NCBI GenBank assembly: GCA_020723205.1
Contig: DYJF01000002.1
Coordinates: forward strand, 1-61,724
DNA from: Bdellovibrio sp.
GTDB lineage: Bacteria; UBA10199; 2-02-FULL-44-16; DYJF01
Direction: 5' to 3'
Length of the DNA: 61,724 nucleotides
This document shows, in pieces, positions 19,075-28,400 of this stretch; within the stretch, counting starts at the first letter, position 1, and each line of letters starts with the position of its first letter. The position numbers and the translations under genes are program-made. The notes beneath the pieces were generated by a model that was not told the origin of the DNA, did no database searches, and saw only the letters and a list, made by a program, of their open reading frames with translations.

Positions 19075-19215
19075 GAGGTCAGGGCAGCCGTTCCCGCACA
19101 ACGTAACCCACCGATATCATTGGCGGATCAGCTCTACCCGTCCAGGCCGTCCAAAACTAGCAACTTTTATGGACTGCAGCCGAATAGAGGTCACAAGTCG
19201 TGAGGGAGAAACAAT

Positions 19216-19695
19216 ATGAATTTCATATCGAGTCTTGGGAATTGTTGCGAAGCGCCCGCCTACCCGCCGGACGGCGTCTGGAAGTCGTTTCTTGCGGACG
19301 GCAAGGTCGACGTTCGGGAGCTCGAGTATCTGGAACATGTGATCGACAGGGATGGAGAAGTGTCGCGCAGAGAGATGAGCGAGTTTGCGGATCTCCTTGG
19401 CCGTTCGAAGGGCGAAGCCGGACAGACAAGATTTACCGCCGATGCGCTGACATACATTGACGGGCATTTTACCGGTGTCAAGGAGAAGGCAGAGAACGAG
19501 TATATCGCAGCAAACTGGCTCATTCTTGGAGGCGGCGCCGTCCTTGTTGCGGGACTTTTCTCGCGAACTCCGGTCGGAATGGGCGTGTCCGTGATGGGCG
19601 GAGTATCGGTAATGACCGGTGCGATCGTCTCGGGCGACGGCAGCGCCTTCGTGGCGAACCAGTTCGATTCTCAAGGCCGGCTCATAGTGATCTGA
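19216..19695 (+). CDS. hypothetical protein with two EF-hand-like DGxV..E loops and a Gly-rich hydrophobic C-terminus
   Basis: The loops are DGKVDVRELEYL and DGEVSRREMSEF. The C-terminal segment reads WLILGGGAVLVAGLF...GVSVMGGVSVMTGAIV. Confidence 0.45.
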   Translation: MNFISSLGNCCEAPAYPPDGVWKSFLADGKVDVRELEYLEHVIDRDGEVSRREMSEFADLLGRSKGEAGQTRFTADALTYIDGHFTGVKEKAENEYIAANWLILGGGAVLVAGLFSRTPVGMGVSVMGGVSVMTGAIVSGDGSAFVANQFDSQGRLIVI

Positions 19696-19805
19696 ACAGC
19701 GTCCCGCCAGCAAATTACCAGACATATATTTTCCCGACACACGCAGGTTCCTTTCCCGCTTGCCGAACAAGGCGAAGTGTGGCAATTTAACAGCTTGAAA
19801 TCGCT

Positions 19806-21059
19806 ATGAAAAAGAGTCTCGTCATTTCGAACGTCGGTCGTCTTGTAACGATGGAGCCCAAGAAAGGGCGACAGGGGCGTCTGGGTGTCATAGAGGACGC
19901 GGTTCTGCTGGTCGAAGGGGAGCATATCGCATGGTTCGGCACGCGCTCCCAATGGATGAAGAGGCGTCGTAACGTCGCCGACGAGTTCGATGTTGCCGGC
20001 GGCGTCGTCACTCCGGGTCTCATAGATTGCCACACGCATCTCGTTCATGCGGGCTCCCGCCAGAACGAATTTCTGCTCCGTTCGTACGGAAAAACATATC
20101 AGGAAATAGCTAAGGCGGGCGGCGGCATCATGTCCACCGTGCGCGATACGAGAAAGACGTCCTACGACGACCTCTACAGGATATCTTCAGAACGCGCCGA
20201 CGAATTCTTTCTTCGCGGCACCTTGGCGGTTGAAGTGAAGACCGGCTACGGGCTGGACGTTGCTACAGAACTCAAGATGCTGGATGTCATCCGCACGCTC
20301 AAGGACAATCACCCCATCAGGTTCTTCGCGACGTTTTTGGGCGCCCACGTCGTGCCGGCGGAATACAAGAAAAAACGAAAGGATTACGTCCGGCTTATCA
20401 TCGAGAAGATGATGCCCCGCGTGGCGCGGCTGGAACTTTGTAAGTTCTGCGACGTCTTCGTCGAAGATGGTGCGTTCACGTCCGACGAGGCGAGGGCGAT
20501 AGCTAAAGCTGCCGCGAAGTTCGGCATGCGCATGCGCCTGCACGTGGACCAGTTCGGCAACGGCAAAGGCGCCGAGCTCGCTTCCGAGCTCAAGGCGGTC
20601 TCGGCCGACCATCTCGATCACGTATCCGACAAGGGCATCGAGGCGCTCAGGAGATCCGGCACCGTAGCCGTTGTTCTTCCGGGAGCGACTTTTTTCACCG
20701 GCGGTAAACATTATGCCCCCGCGCGAAAGATGATTGATAAAGGTGTCAAGGTCGCTGTCTCCACAGATTATAATCCGGGTACGCATCCGTCCGTGGACCT
20801 CATAACGACCGCTACGATCGCGGTTACGCAAATGGGGCTGACACTCGACGAGGCGTGGGCGGGCATCACGGTGAACGCGGCCGCGTCGCTCGGCATCGCC
20901 TCCGATTGCGGGACTATATCCCAAGGCAAGAGGGCGGACCTCGTCGTCTTCGACGCGCCGGACGAATATTATCCCATGTACCGCTACGGCAGGAACTTGG
21001 CGGCCGCGGTGGTGAAAAAGGGCCGCGCCCAGTGGCTCGATGAATATTACAATGTATAA
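19806..21059 (+). CDS. hutI: imidazolonepropionase
   Basis: GLIDCHTHLVHAGSRQNEF...YQEIAKAGGGI...HVDQF...SADHLDH...STDYNPG matches HutI. Confidence 0.93.
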   Translation: MKKSLVISNVGRLVTMEPKKGRQGRLGVIEDAVLLVEGEHIAWFGTRSQWMKRRRNVADEFDVAGGVVTPGLIDCHTHLVHAGSRQNEFLLRSYGKTYQEIAKAGGGIMSTVRDTRKTSYDDLYRISSERADEFFLRGTLAVEVKTGYGLDVATELKMLDVIRTLKDNHPIRFFATFLGAHVVPAEYKKKRKDYVRLIIEKMMPRVARLELCKFCDVFVEDGAFTSDEARAIAKAAAKFGMRMRLHVDQFGNGKGAELASELKAVSADHLDHVSDKGIEALRRSGTVAVVLPGATFFTGGKHYAPARKMIDKGVKVAVSTDYNPGTHPSVDLITTATIAVTQMGLTLDEAWAGITVNAAASLGIASDCGTISQGKRADLVVFDAPDEYYPMYRYGRNLAAAVVKKGRAQWLDEYYNV

Positions 21060-21822
21060 GATCCTTTCGATCATCTTTGCCTTGATCTTTCTTTCGTTCG
21101 CGGCGTTCGCGGAAGAGAAGAAGAAGGGCAAGCTGGACAGCTTCGAGGCGGAGGTCCACGAGGAGGAGAAGGGATCATCCTCCTCCGGCTCGTCATCTTC
21201 AAGTTCTTCCACTTCCGCGCAGGGAATAGCGACCAAGGGCATAATGGACATGATGGCGAATTTCTTCATATCGGGTCTTGTGAACACGGGCGAGTACTCA
21301 AGTCTTTCCGATATGCAAAAAGGACTTCGCGAAATGGAAAGCCCGGCGCTGCCCACGATCCGCATCGAACCAAGCTACCAATATGTGTTCGACGGCGTGA
21401 GCGGTGCCGCCCTCGACGCCGAGATGGGATATCTCATGCTGGGCGTGAACGGGGAATTCCTCTATTATGTGGAGAGGGAGAACGGGGATAACTTGAAGTT
21501 TTTGAGCGGCCATTTCCTTTTGAGGACCCTCTTCGCGCAGATCATAGAGGCGGACATGGCCCTCGGCGCCCGCGGCATGATGGGGAATAATTCGCACACG
21601 GGTTTCGACCTTGGCTTTCCGTTCTATATATTCTTCGGAAAACACTTCATCTGGGACGTGAAACCTTACATCACTTTTTTGAGGGGGCGCGACATATACG
21701 ATATCTCGAGCGGGCTCTCGTACAAATACAAGATGTTCGGCGTGCGAGCCGCCTACAGGATGATAAACATACAGAACGAGACTCTGCACGGGCCCAGGAT
21801 CGGCGTGTTCTTCCAGTGGTGA
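21052..21822 (+). CDS. putative small outer-membrane beta-barrel protein with a Ser-rich linker
   Basis: It has the signal peptide MYKILSIIFALIFLSFAAFA, the tract SSSSGSSSSSSSTS, alternating beta-strand patterning and a terminal GVFFQW. Confidence 0.5.
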   Translation: MYKILSIIFALIFLSFAAFAEEKKKGKLDSFEAEVHEEEKGSSSSGSSSSSSSTSAQGIATKGIMDMMANFFISGLVNTGEYSSLSDMQKGLREMESPALPTIRIEPSYQYVFDGVSGAALDAEMGYLMLGVNGEFLYYVERENGDNLKFLSGHFLLRTLFAQIIEADMALGARGMMGNNSHTGFDLGFPFYIFFGKHFIWDVKPYITFLRGRDIYDISSGLSYKYKMFGVRAAYRMINIQNETLHGPRIGVFFQW

Positions 21823-21834
21823 CGCGAATCCAAG

Positions 21835-22995
21835 ATGAAAAAAACCGCCATCATACTCTTGCCGGCCGTCTTCATCCTGTTGTCATCAAGTTCCGTATGG
21901 GCGAAGAGATATCCCGTCTCCGAAGGGGAGAACATCAAGGGCGGCTTCGAGATGTCCGGCTATATCAACACGGCCGTCGGCTGGCAGCGATTCAGCAACG
22001 ACCCCATAACCGAAGTGGCGCAGGACGGCTCCTACGCCGGCCCGTTGGGCGAATGGCTTCCCGCATCGACCTCCGGCGCGCCTGCACCCGCGCCCGGCAG
22101 CGATTACTTCGAGTTCTTCATACCTAAGTTCGAGCTCGACATGGTGAAACACTTGGGCAAACGGGCGCGGCTTCGCGGCGACATACAGTTCGGGCGCGCC
22201 AATTCCGGTTCCGCGCTTCCGGTCCCCGGCATCAACGTCGTGCACGCCTACGGCGCCGTAACCATCTACGAGCCCAAAGAGGTGGAGATCTGGCTGGGGC
22301 GGCTGGGACTTCAGGCGGGCTTCGAACCGTATGAGGATTATCTGAACGACACCGTTTCGTACTCCATTCTGTGGCGGGGCCTTGTTCCGCCGCCGAACGC
22401 GACGGGAGTTCAGATCACCGGGAAATTCTCCGAGCACGTGCGCTACTATTTCGCGCTGGCCAACGGCGTCGTCAACGACACGATATTCAATTTCAAACAG
22501 ATCCCATCGATGGTCGGAACGGTAATGGTGACGTGGGGGCCCGACGACAAGCAGAGCGCGGTCGTTATCACGCCCTTCGCGGGTCCGGAATCTTTCTCTA
22601 ACCGCCACTGGACGTTCGGGTTGGACGCCTACACGTATTGGTGGGTTGCGCCCGATTTCCAGATCGGGCTGGAGACGTGCATCCAGAATGATCAGGGACG
22701 CGGCGGCCCGACTACCAACTATTACGCCGGTCTCTTGAACCTTCACTGGGACCTAAGCGAGAGTTGGTATGCGGTGGGGAAATACGCTTACACTTCGCAG
22801 ACGACTCCCGGCAACGGCGTGCTGAACTTGACCGGCGCGGAGCAGAGGATCCACGAGATAACGCTTGGTTTCGGACATTACTTCACGGACACGACGAAGC
22901 TCAAGGCGGAGGCGCGGCTGGACATAATTGATCCCGCCGCGGCGGCCAGCCAGTACGTCGGCGGTTTCGCGATGAGCATGAACCAGGCGTTCTGA
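21835..22995 (+). CDS. putative porin-like outer-membrane protein
   Basis: It has the signal peptide MKKTAIILLPAVFILLSSSSVWA, is 386 aa and rich in aromatic/Gly strands, and ends in a C-terminal F (MSMNQAF). Confidence 0.55.
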   Translation: MKKTAIILLPAVFILLSSSSVWAKRYPVSEGENIKGGFEMSGYINTAVGWQRFSNDPITEVAQDGSYAGPLGEWLPASTSGAPAPAPGSDYFEFFIPKFELDMVKHLGKRARLRGDIQFGRANSGSALPVPGINVVHAYGAVTIYEPKEVEIWLGRLGLQAGFEPYEDYLNDTVSYSILWRGLVPPPNATGVQITGKFSEHVRYYFALANGVVNDTIFNFKQIPSMVGTVMVTWGPDDKQSAVVITPFAGPESFSNRHWTFGLDAYTYWWVAPDFQIGLETCIQNDQGRGGPTTNYYAGLLNLHWDLSESWYAVGKYAYTSQTTPGNGVLNLTGAEQRIHEITLGFGHYFTDTTKLKAEARLDIIDPAAAASQYVGGFAMSMNQAF

Positions 22996-23022
22996 TCAAG
23001 CAGCTCCGGGTTTTATTTTGTG

Positions 23023-23051
23023 TTGACTTAGGAATATCCATAGATGATATT
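23023..23051 (+). promoter_or_regulatory. candidate sigma70 promoter for tRNA-Ala
   Basis: TTGACT (23023-23028), a 17 nt spacer, then GATATT (23046-23051), about 20 nt upstream of the tRNA 5' end. Confidence 0.4.
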
Positions 23052-23072
23052 TCGGCACGCCGTAGGATCAAT

Positions 23073-23148
23073 GGGGCTGTAGCTCAGCTGGGAGAGCACG
23101 ACAATGGCATTGTCGGGGTCAGGGGTTCGAGCCCCCTCAGCTCCACCA
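23073..23148 (+). tRNA. tRNA-Ala (anticodon GGC), CCA encoded
   Basis: I folded the cloverleaf by hand: acceptor GGGGCTG/CAGCTCC with the G3:U70 Ala identity pair, D arm GCTC-AGCTGGGA-GAGC, anticodon arm CGACA-ATGGCAT-TGTCG, and T arm AGGGG-TTCGAGC-CCCCT. Confidence 0.93.
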
Positions 23149-23153
23149 AATAA

Positions 23154-23190
23154 AAAAGAGTCCGCTGCAAGGCGGACTCTTTTGCTTTTA
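23154..23190 (+). terminator. rho-independent terminator after tRNA-Ala
   Basis: The stem AAAAGAGTCCGC / GCGGACTCTTTT has a 6 nt loop and is followed by a T-rich run. Confidence 0.75.
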
Positions 23191-23203
23191 GAGGAATATA
23201 TAT

Positions 23204-23620
23204 ATGGATACGGGATCGAAGGGGAAGATCGCTGAGGTACTTGTTCTGGCAGAGTTGCTCGAGCGCGGCTTTCATGTATCCATACCATTTAAAGATTCCC
23301 GCTATGATCTTGTAGTGGAGAAAGATGGCATATTCAAAAGGCTGCAAATTAAATATGTAGGTTGTTCCGATAAAAGGCGTACGATTCCGGTCGTACTGCA
23401 CTCTTTGGCTAGGCGAGGCAGACTATTATATTCTGAAAAAGAAATAGACCACATAATAGTATATTTTGCGGAGAGAGGAGAATATTTTATTCTTCCGTAT
23501 GAAGATGTGAGCGGTAAAACCGTCACATACTTGAGATTGGAGGAAACTGGCAACAAGCAGAAAAAGGGTGTAATTTACGCCTCAAAGTATCGTAATCGAT
23601 GGGATCTGATTTTGAGTTAA
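23204..23620 (+). CDS. PD-(D/E)XK endonuclease-like protein (PF11645-like), in a low-GC islet
   Basis: GKIAEVLVLAELLERGFHVSIPFKDSRYDLVVEKDGIFKRLQIKY fits the G..aE..v...L...G..V..P..d...YDL.v.....l.R.QvK pattern. The gene is visibly AT-richer than its flanks. Confidence 0.55.
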   Translation: MDTGSKGKIAEVLVLAELLERGFHVSIPFKDSRYDLVVEKDGIFKRLQIKYVGCSDKRRTIPVVLHSLARRGRLLYSEKEIDHIIVYFAERGEYFILPYEDVSGKTVTYLRLEETGNKQKKGVIYASKYRNRWDLILS

Positions 23621-25284
23621 GTCAATTTTTTCAATACAGTTTTTTCGATGGTCTGCGCCAATTCCTTCGCCTTTTTCACAAGGTTGTCCGCGGTGGCCTT
23701 GGTCTTCGCAGCCCAGTCCTTGTCGCCGATGCCGCCTAAGTTTATCAGCACATTATAGTATGCGCCCATTGCGGCGGCGTAGCCGGTAAGCCCGGCGACA
23801 CCGGCATCCGAGAGCGAATTCTTGTTGCCGCCCTCCGCGACCTTTATTGCGAGATCAAGAGCGGTTATCGTCTTCTCAAGGACGCCGAGCGGCACAAGCG
23901 TCGCGCCCTTCGTGGCCTCTTCTATGGCATGGGCGCGCTCCTTCTTTTCCTCTTCTGTTCCCTTAGGCATCCCGAAACATGCCATCACGGTGTTGAATGA
24001 TTCGGTGTCGCGGTCGATCGCGTCTACCTGCGCGCGCATGTTCGCCTGCGCGGCGATCCCGGTCCTTTCCATCTCCTCCCATACTTTCTCATAGCCCTTC
24101 TTATTGTGCGTTAGTGCCGCGACCATGGAAGAAAGGGCCGCGGACATGGCGCCCGAGAGCGCGGCCACAGAGCCGCCGCCGGGGGCGGGGGAGGAGGATG
24201 AAAGCTCGTCCGCAAAATCCTTGACGGTCATGGATGCGAGCGGAGAGGCGCCCTCGAAGTGCGATTCGATGATCTTCTTCGCCGGGTCGAACTTCGAGAC
24301 GTCATTGAGCCCCAGCGAGCGGACCGCGGTCCTGATGAGCGCTCCCTCGGGAACGCCGCGCGTCGTCTTTTGTTTTTTCATATAATGAAGCCCCGCATCT
24401 ATCATTGCCTTTTTCGGAACGAGACCCACTATCTCGCTTCCGGTCACGCGCACGCCGAGCTTTTCCGCCTCCGTAATACACGCGTCGAAAACGTCGTGCA
24501 TGGAAGAGACGGTGAAGTCGGTGAGATTTATCGTCACCTGCGCGCAGTTGTATTCCGGTATCACCCAGCCGGTGGCGCGCACGTGCTTGAAGAGACCCGG
24601 TTCGTAGACGGTCGCGCCTTGCGCGTCCACGATCTTGTTCCCATCCTTGTCCCTTTTTATCTTTCCCTTTTCGCGGATGGCGAACGCGATCTCCTTTGCG
24701 GGCTTTACATCGGTCGTGTTCAAATTCACGTTGTAGGCAATGAGAAACTGGCGCGCGCCGATCACCGTTGCGCCGCTTTTAGCATTGAACTCGGACGGTC
24801 CGAAATCCGGCCTCCATTCCTCTTTCTTGAGCTTCTCCGGAAGGGCCTCGTATTCGCCTGTTCGTATGTCGGCCAGCGACCTCCTCGAAGGTTTCGCAGC
24901 GGCGAATTCGTAGAGATACACGGGGATCTTCAATTCCTCTCCGACGCGCTTCCCTAATCTCTTGGCAAGCTCGACGCATTCTTCCATCGTGACGTTTGCG
25001 ATGGGAACGAAGGGGCAGACGTCGGTGGCCCCCATTCTCGGATGGGCCCCTTTGTGGACGCGCATGTCGATAAGTTCGGAGGCCCTTTTTATGGCAAGAA
25101 AGGCGGCTTCGAGGACCGGTTCCGGAGATCCTGCGAAGGTGAAGACGGTCCGATTCGTGGCGAAGCCCGGGTCCATGTCCAAGAGCACAACACCCGGGAC
25201 GGTCCTTATCTCGGCCGCAATGGCCTCTAATACCCCTTTATTTTGTCCCTCGCTGAAGTTCGGAATGCACTCAATGAGCTTCAT
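23617..25284 (-). CDS. ftcD: bifunctional glutamate formimidoyltransferase / formimidoyltetrahydrofolate cyclodeaminase
   Basis: MKLIECIPNFSEGQNK... matches the formiminotransferase N and C subdomains. The C-terminal ~200 aa helical cyclodeaminase domain reads SSSPAPGGGSVAALSGAM. Confidence 0.88.
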   Translation of the reverse strand: MKLIECIPNFSEGQNKGVLEAIAAEIRTVPGVVLLDMDPGFATNRTVFTFAGSPEPVLEAAFLAIKRASELIDMRVHKGAHPRMGATDVCPFVPIANVTMEECVELAKRLGKRVGEELKIPVYLYEFAAAKPSRRSLADIRTGEYEALPEKLKKEEWRPDFGPSEFNAKSGATVIGARQFLIAYNVNLNTTDVKPAKEIAFAIREKGKIKRDKDGNKIVDAQGATVYEPGLFKHVRATGWVIPEYNCAQVTINLTDFTVSSMHDVFDACITEAEKLGVRVTGSEIVGLVPKKAMIDAGLHYMKKQKTTRGVPEGALIRTAVRSLGLNDVSKFDPAKKIIESHFEGASPLASMTVKDFADELSSSSPAPGGGSVAALSGAMSAALSSMVAALTHNKKGYEKVWEEMERTGIAAQANMRAQVDAIDRDTESFNTVMACFGMPKGTEEEKKERAHAIEEATKGATLVPLGVLEKTITALDLAIKVAEGGNKNSLSDAGVAGLTGYAAAMGAYYNVLINLGGIGDKDWAAKTKATADNLVKKAKELAQTIEKTVLKKLT

Positions 25285-25437
25285 TCAAGACCTCCCGTAT
25301 TCCGGCATTTCTAGATGAAGAAAAAAGGGAATGCAAGACCGCTATCCCCAAGTAAACACTTGCAAAATGACGTGGGGCGTTATATGCCGGACGGACAAAA
25401 ATCGTCTGGGGGAGACGTACATATTCCGGAGGGAACT

Positions 25438-28400
25438 ATGTGGAGTGCTGGACAGACGACTCTTCCACCCACTTTCAGACCGGCGTTTCTCGCGCCTCCT
25501 GTTGTCCTCCCAGTCAGAGCAGCCCTTGCCCCGATAATGCAGCAACGATCTCCACATCATTTTCCCGCAGCACCGCAATATCATCAGTCGTCATATGTGG
25601 GTGACGGAGAGGTCCTTGGTTATATCACCGGCATGAGCGCGGCCGCCCAGTGTTCCGGCTCCTCCGGTTGCGGCGGTATCTCCGGCGCCGACGACGGCGC
25701 ATCCGTTCCGCCGGGAGGAAGCATGCCTCCGCCGCCAAGGGACCCGAAAGAATTTCTCGAGAGGACGTCCACGCCTGAAGGCGAGATAGAACTTTTAAAA
25801 GAAGCCATGGCGGGAAAGCCGAACGGTATCTCGTGGACGGAGATGATCCGGTTGGGAAGGGCGGGCGATCCGAGTTACGCGGAGCTTGCAAAAAGGCCGC
25901 TGGTCGCGGCATTGGGTTCCATGGTCACGACTGTCCTTCAGCCGAGATCGGACAACTTCACGCCGCCCGAAAGGACGCCGTGGGGCGGAAAGCGCATAGT
26001 CGAGGACGTCAAGGCGGGTCTGGGTTTTTCGCATCAATATAAGATCGTAGGTGAGTCGTGGGAGATTTCGAGCCATGAAAGTTTTCCCAACGTCTTCGCG
26101 CTCGAGTACGCCGGTCAGGCCTTGGAGGTAACGATCTCCGTCTTGAGCAGGATCTTTTCGGAGGAGATGTACGGCCGCAGTATCACATCCGCGCATGACG
26201 AGGGGCTTCCTTTCCTCGTCAAGCTCGTGAACTCCGGCAGCTGGCTGCCGTATAAGGATGATCTCAAGAAGATGTTCGGCTGGCTCGACGGCCGGGAATA
26301 CGCCGCCGGCTGGCGAAGGTCCTTGGATGTGGACTGCTCCTTCACGGAGATGCTCTCATGGGACCATCACGCTCTGCACCGGGGGATCGCGCGCCTCAAG
26401 ACGATGATGCTTCAGCGCATCCACTCGACGAGCGAAAGACACCCGCAGGCGCCTATCTGGCGACAGAGTCTCAACGTGTCCTCACTTGAGAACCTGAAGG
26501 GCAGGAGCACGGACGAACTGATAAACGCGCTGCGTCTCCTTTCCACGATGCAGCAGGCGGGTGGTTTGGCGGAAGAGGCCGGCGAGACGGATCATCTCGC
26601 CCTCTTGCACATCATTCATCAGAAAATGCTCACAAAGAACCTCTCGGTGCAGGTCCATCCGCCCAAGGGTTACGACAGGTTGAGCCCGGGCGAACATTCA
26701 AAGAGCGAGGCGTGGATCATTCTGGATTCAGAGCCGGGGGCCGGCATCTATCTGGGCATCAAGGAAGGGGTCACGAAGGAGCAGTTTGCCTCCGCGTTGA
26801 GGGCGGGAGAGGATGTCACGAACCTTCTCAATTTCATTCAGGTGAAGAGGGGGGACGTGTTCTTCATCCCGGCGGGCACGATGCACGCGATAGGCGCAGG
26901 TGTTCTTCTCATGGAACCGCAGGAGACCTCCGAAACGACCTACCGCGTCTATGATTACGGCCGGCTTGACGCCAACAAGAGACCGCGCGAACTTAAGATC
27001 GACAGTGCCATGGCGGTGACCGAATGGGGCGGGAAGAGGGGGGAAGACGCGGTCCAGTGGTTCAGGAGGACGCCGGAGGTCATGAACGCAGGGAATGCAG
27101 GCACCGCACGAGTGGAACGTGTGCTGAACGAGACCTTCTTCGAGACGGCCCGCCTCACGTTCGGGCGCGGCGCCAGTCATTTGAGTGATTCGGACGGGAG
27201 CATCAAGGCGTACACGGTAGTTGAAGGCGCGGTGGAGGTCTACAAGGGGGACGAGGGATCTCCCGTCGGCATATATCAGAAGGGGCAATCATTTATAATT
27301 CCCGTGGCCATGGGGCCGTACAGAATGACAGGCGTGACCGACGGAGCGACTGTATATGAGACCACGGTCTTCTCGCTCGACGGGGCGGGAAGGGCGAAGC
27401 CGACCTCATCGATATCCGAGATCATCGCAAAGCAGGCGCCGGAGATGCAGTCGAGGAACGCGCAATTCGTTGCAAGACCGTCGCGCGGGCACATCTTGAT
27501 GATCAACCCGCAGGGATACGCCGGTCCCAAGGTTCCGATGTCGGCGCCGGACACGGGCGGGCAGATCACCTACCTGCACAGCAAGGCAAGGATGCTCGCC
27601 AAGATGGGCTACAAGGTCAGTATTGTCACACGCTCCTTCAAGCCGGACGAGCAATATGCATCGTACGGCGACAGGATGGGGGTGGATTTCCTGTCAGGCA
27701 CCGGAGACATGGTCCGCTACGTCTTCGTCCCGGGCCTGCAGGTTGAGAACGCCCCCTTCTACAGAAAAGAGGAGAGGCATTTCTATTCCGACCTGCCATC
27801 GATGGCAAGGAACTTGGCGCTTTTCGTGGATGACGAAGCGAGAACGCAGAAGGTCAATCCCTGGGACTATTTTCTCTACGTAGATACTCATTACGTTGAC
27901 GGCGGCAAAGTGGGGCAGCGGTTGGTCAGAATATGGGACCACATGTTCGTAAATAAATATTTCAAGGAACGCTTCAAGGCGGTCCTAGGAATGCGGTCGG
28001 AGCAGGATCCCTTTGCCGACGACAATATCATGGGGAATCTTCCCTACTACTTCGGAAAGCGCGTTATGGCGGCGTGGTACGACGAGATGGGGTCGCAGCC
28101 GTCATACGGTTCCGCGCTGAACATGCAGGATGTGCTAAGGTGGGCCGCGACAAAGCTCGAATGGCCGCCGGACAGGGTTGCAAGGTTGCTTTCCAACTCG
28201 ACGGGCGCCGCCATCGGCAACGGCAGGCACATGTTACCGGCGAAGTTTGACGCCTACACGATCGGTTTTCGTCTGCTGGAAACCGCGGGCGAACTGGGCC
28301 GTCTGTTCCGCTATATAAAGAACCTGAACCGGCACGTCTGGACGCCGCATTCTCTGGGGCAGCTCAAAGAAGACCGGATGATAGCGGATAACCTCATATT

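Noticed and set aside
21175-21220. Ser-codon-rich tract (SSSSGSSSSSSSTS) as a possible slippage or phase-variation repeat
   Set aside because: The codons are mixed (TCA/TCC/TCG/TCT/AGT) and there is no perfect nucleotide repeat unit, so slipped-strand variation is unlikely.
23149-23640. Integrative element with att sites at tRNA-Ala
   Set aside because: I found no integrase or recombinase gene and could not find a direct repeat of the tRNA 3' end downstream by eye. Only the compositional anomaly and the nuclease-like gene remain, and these are reported as a finding.
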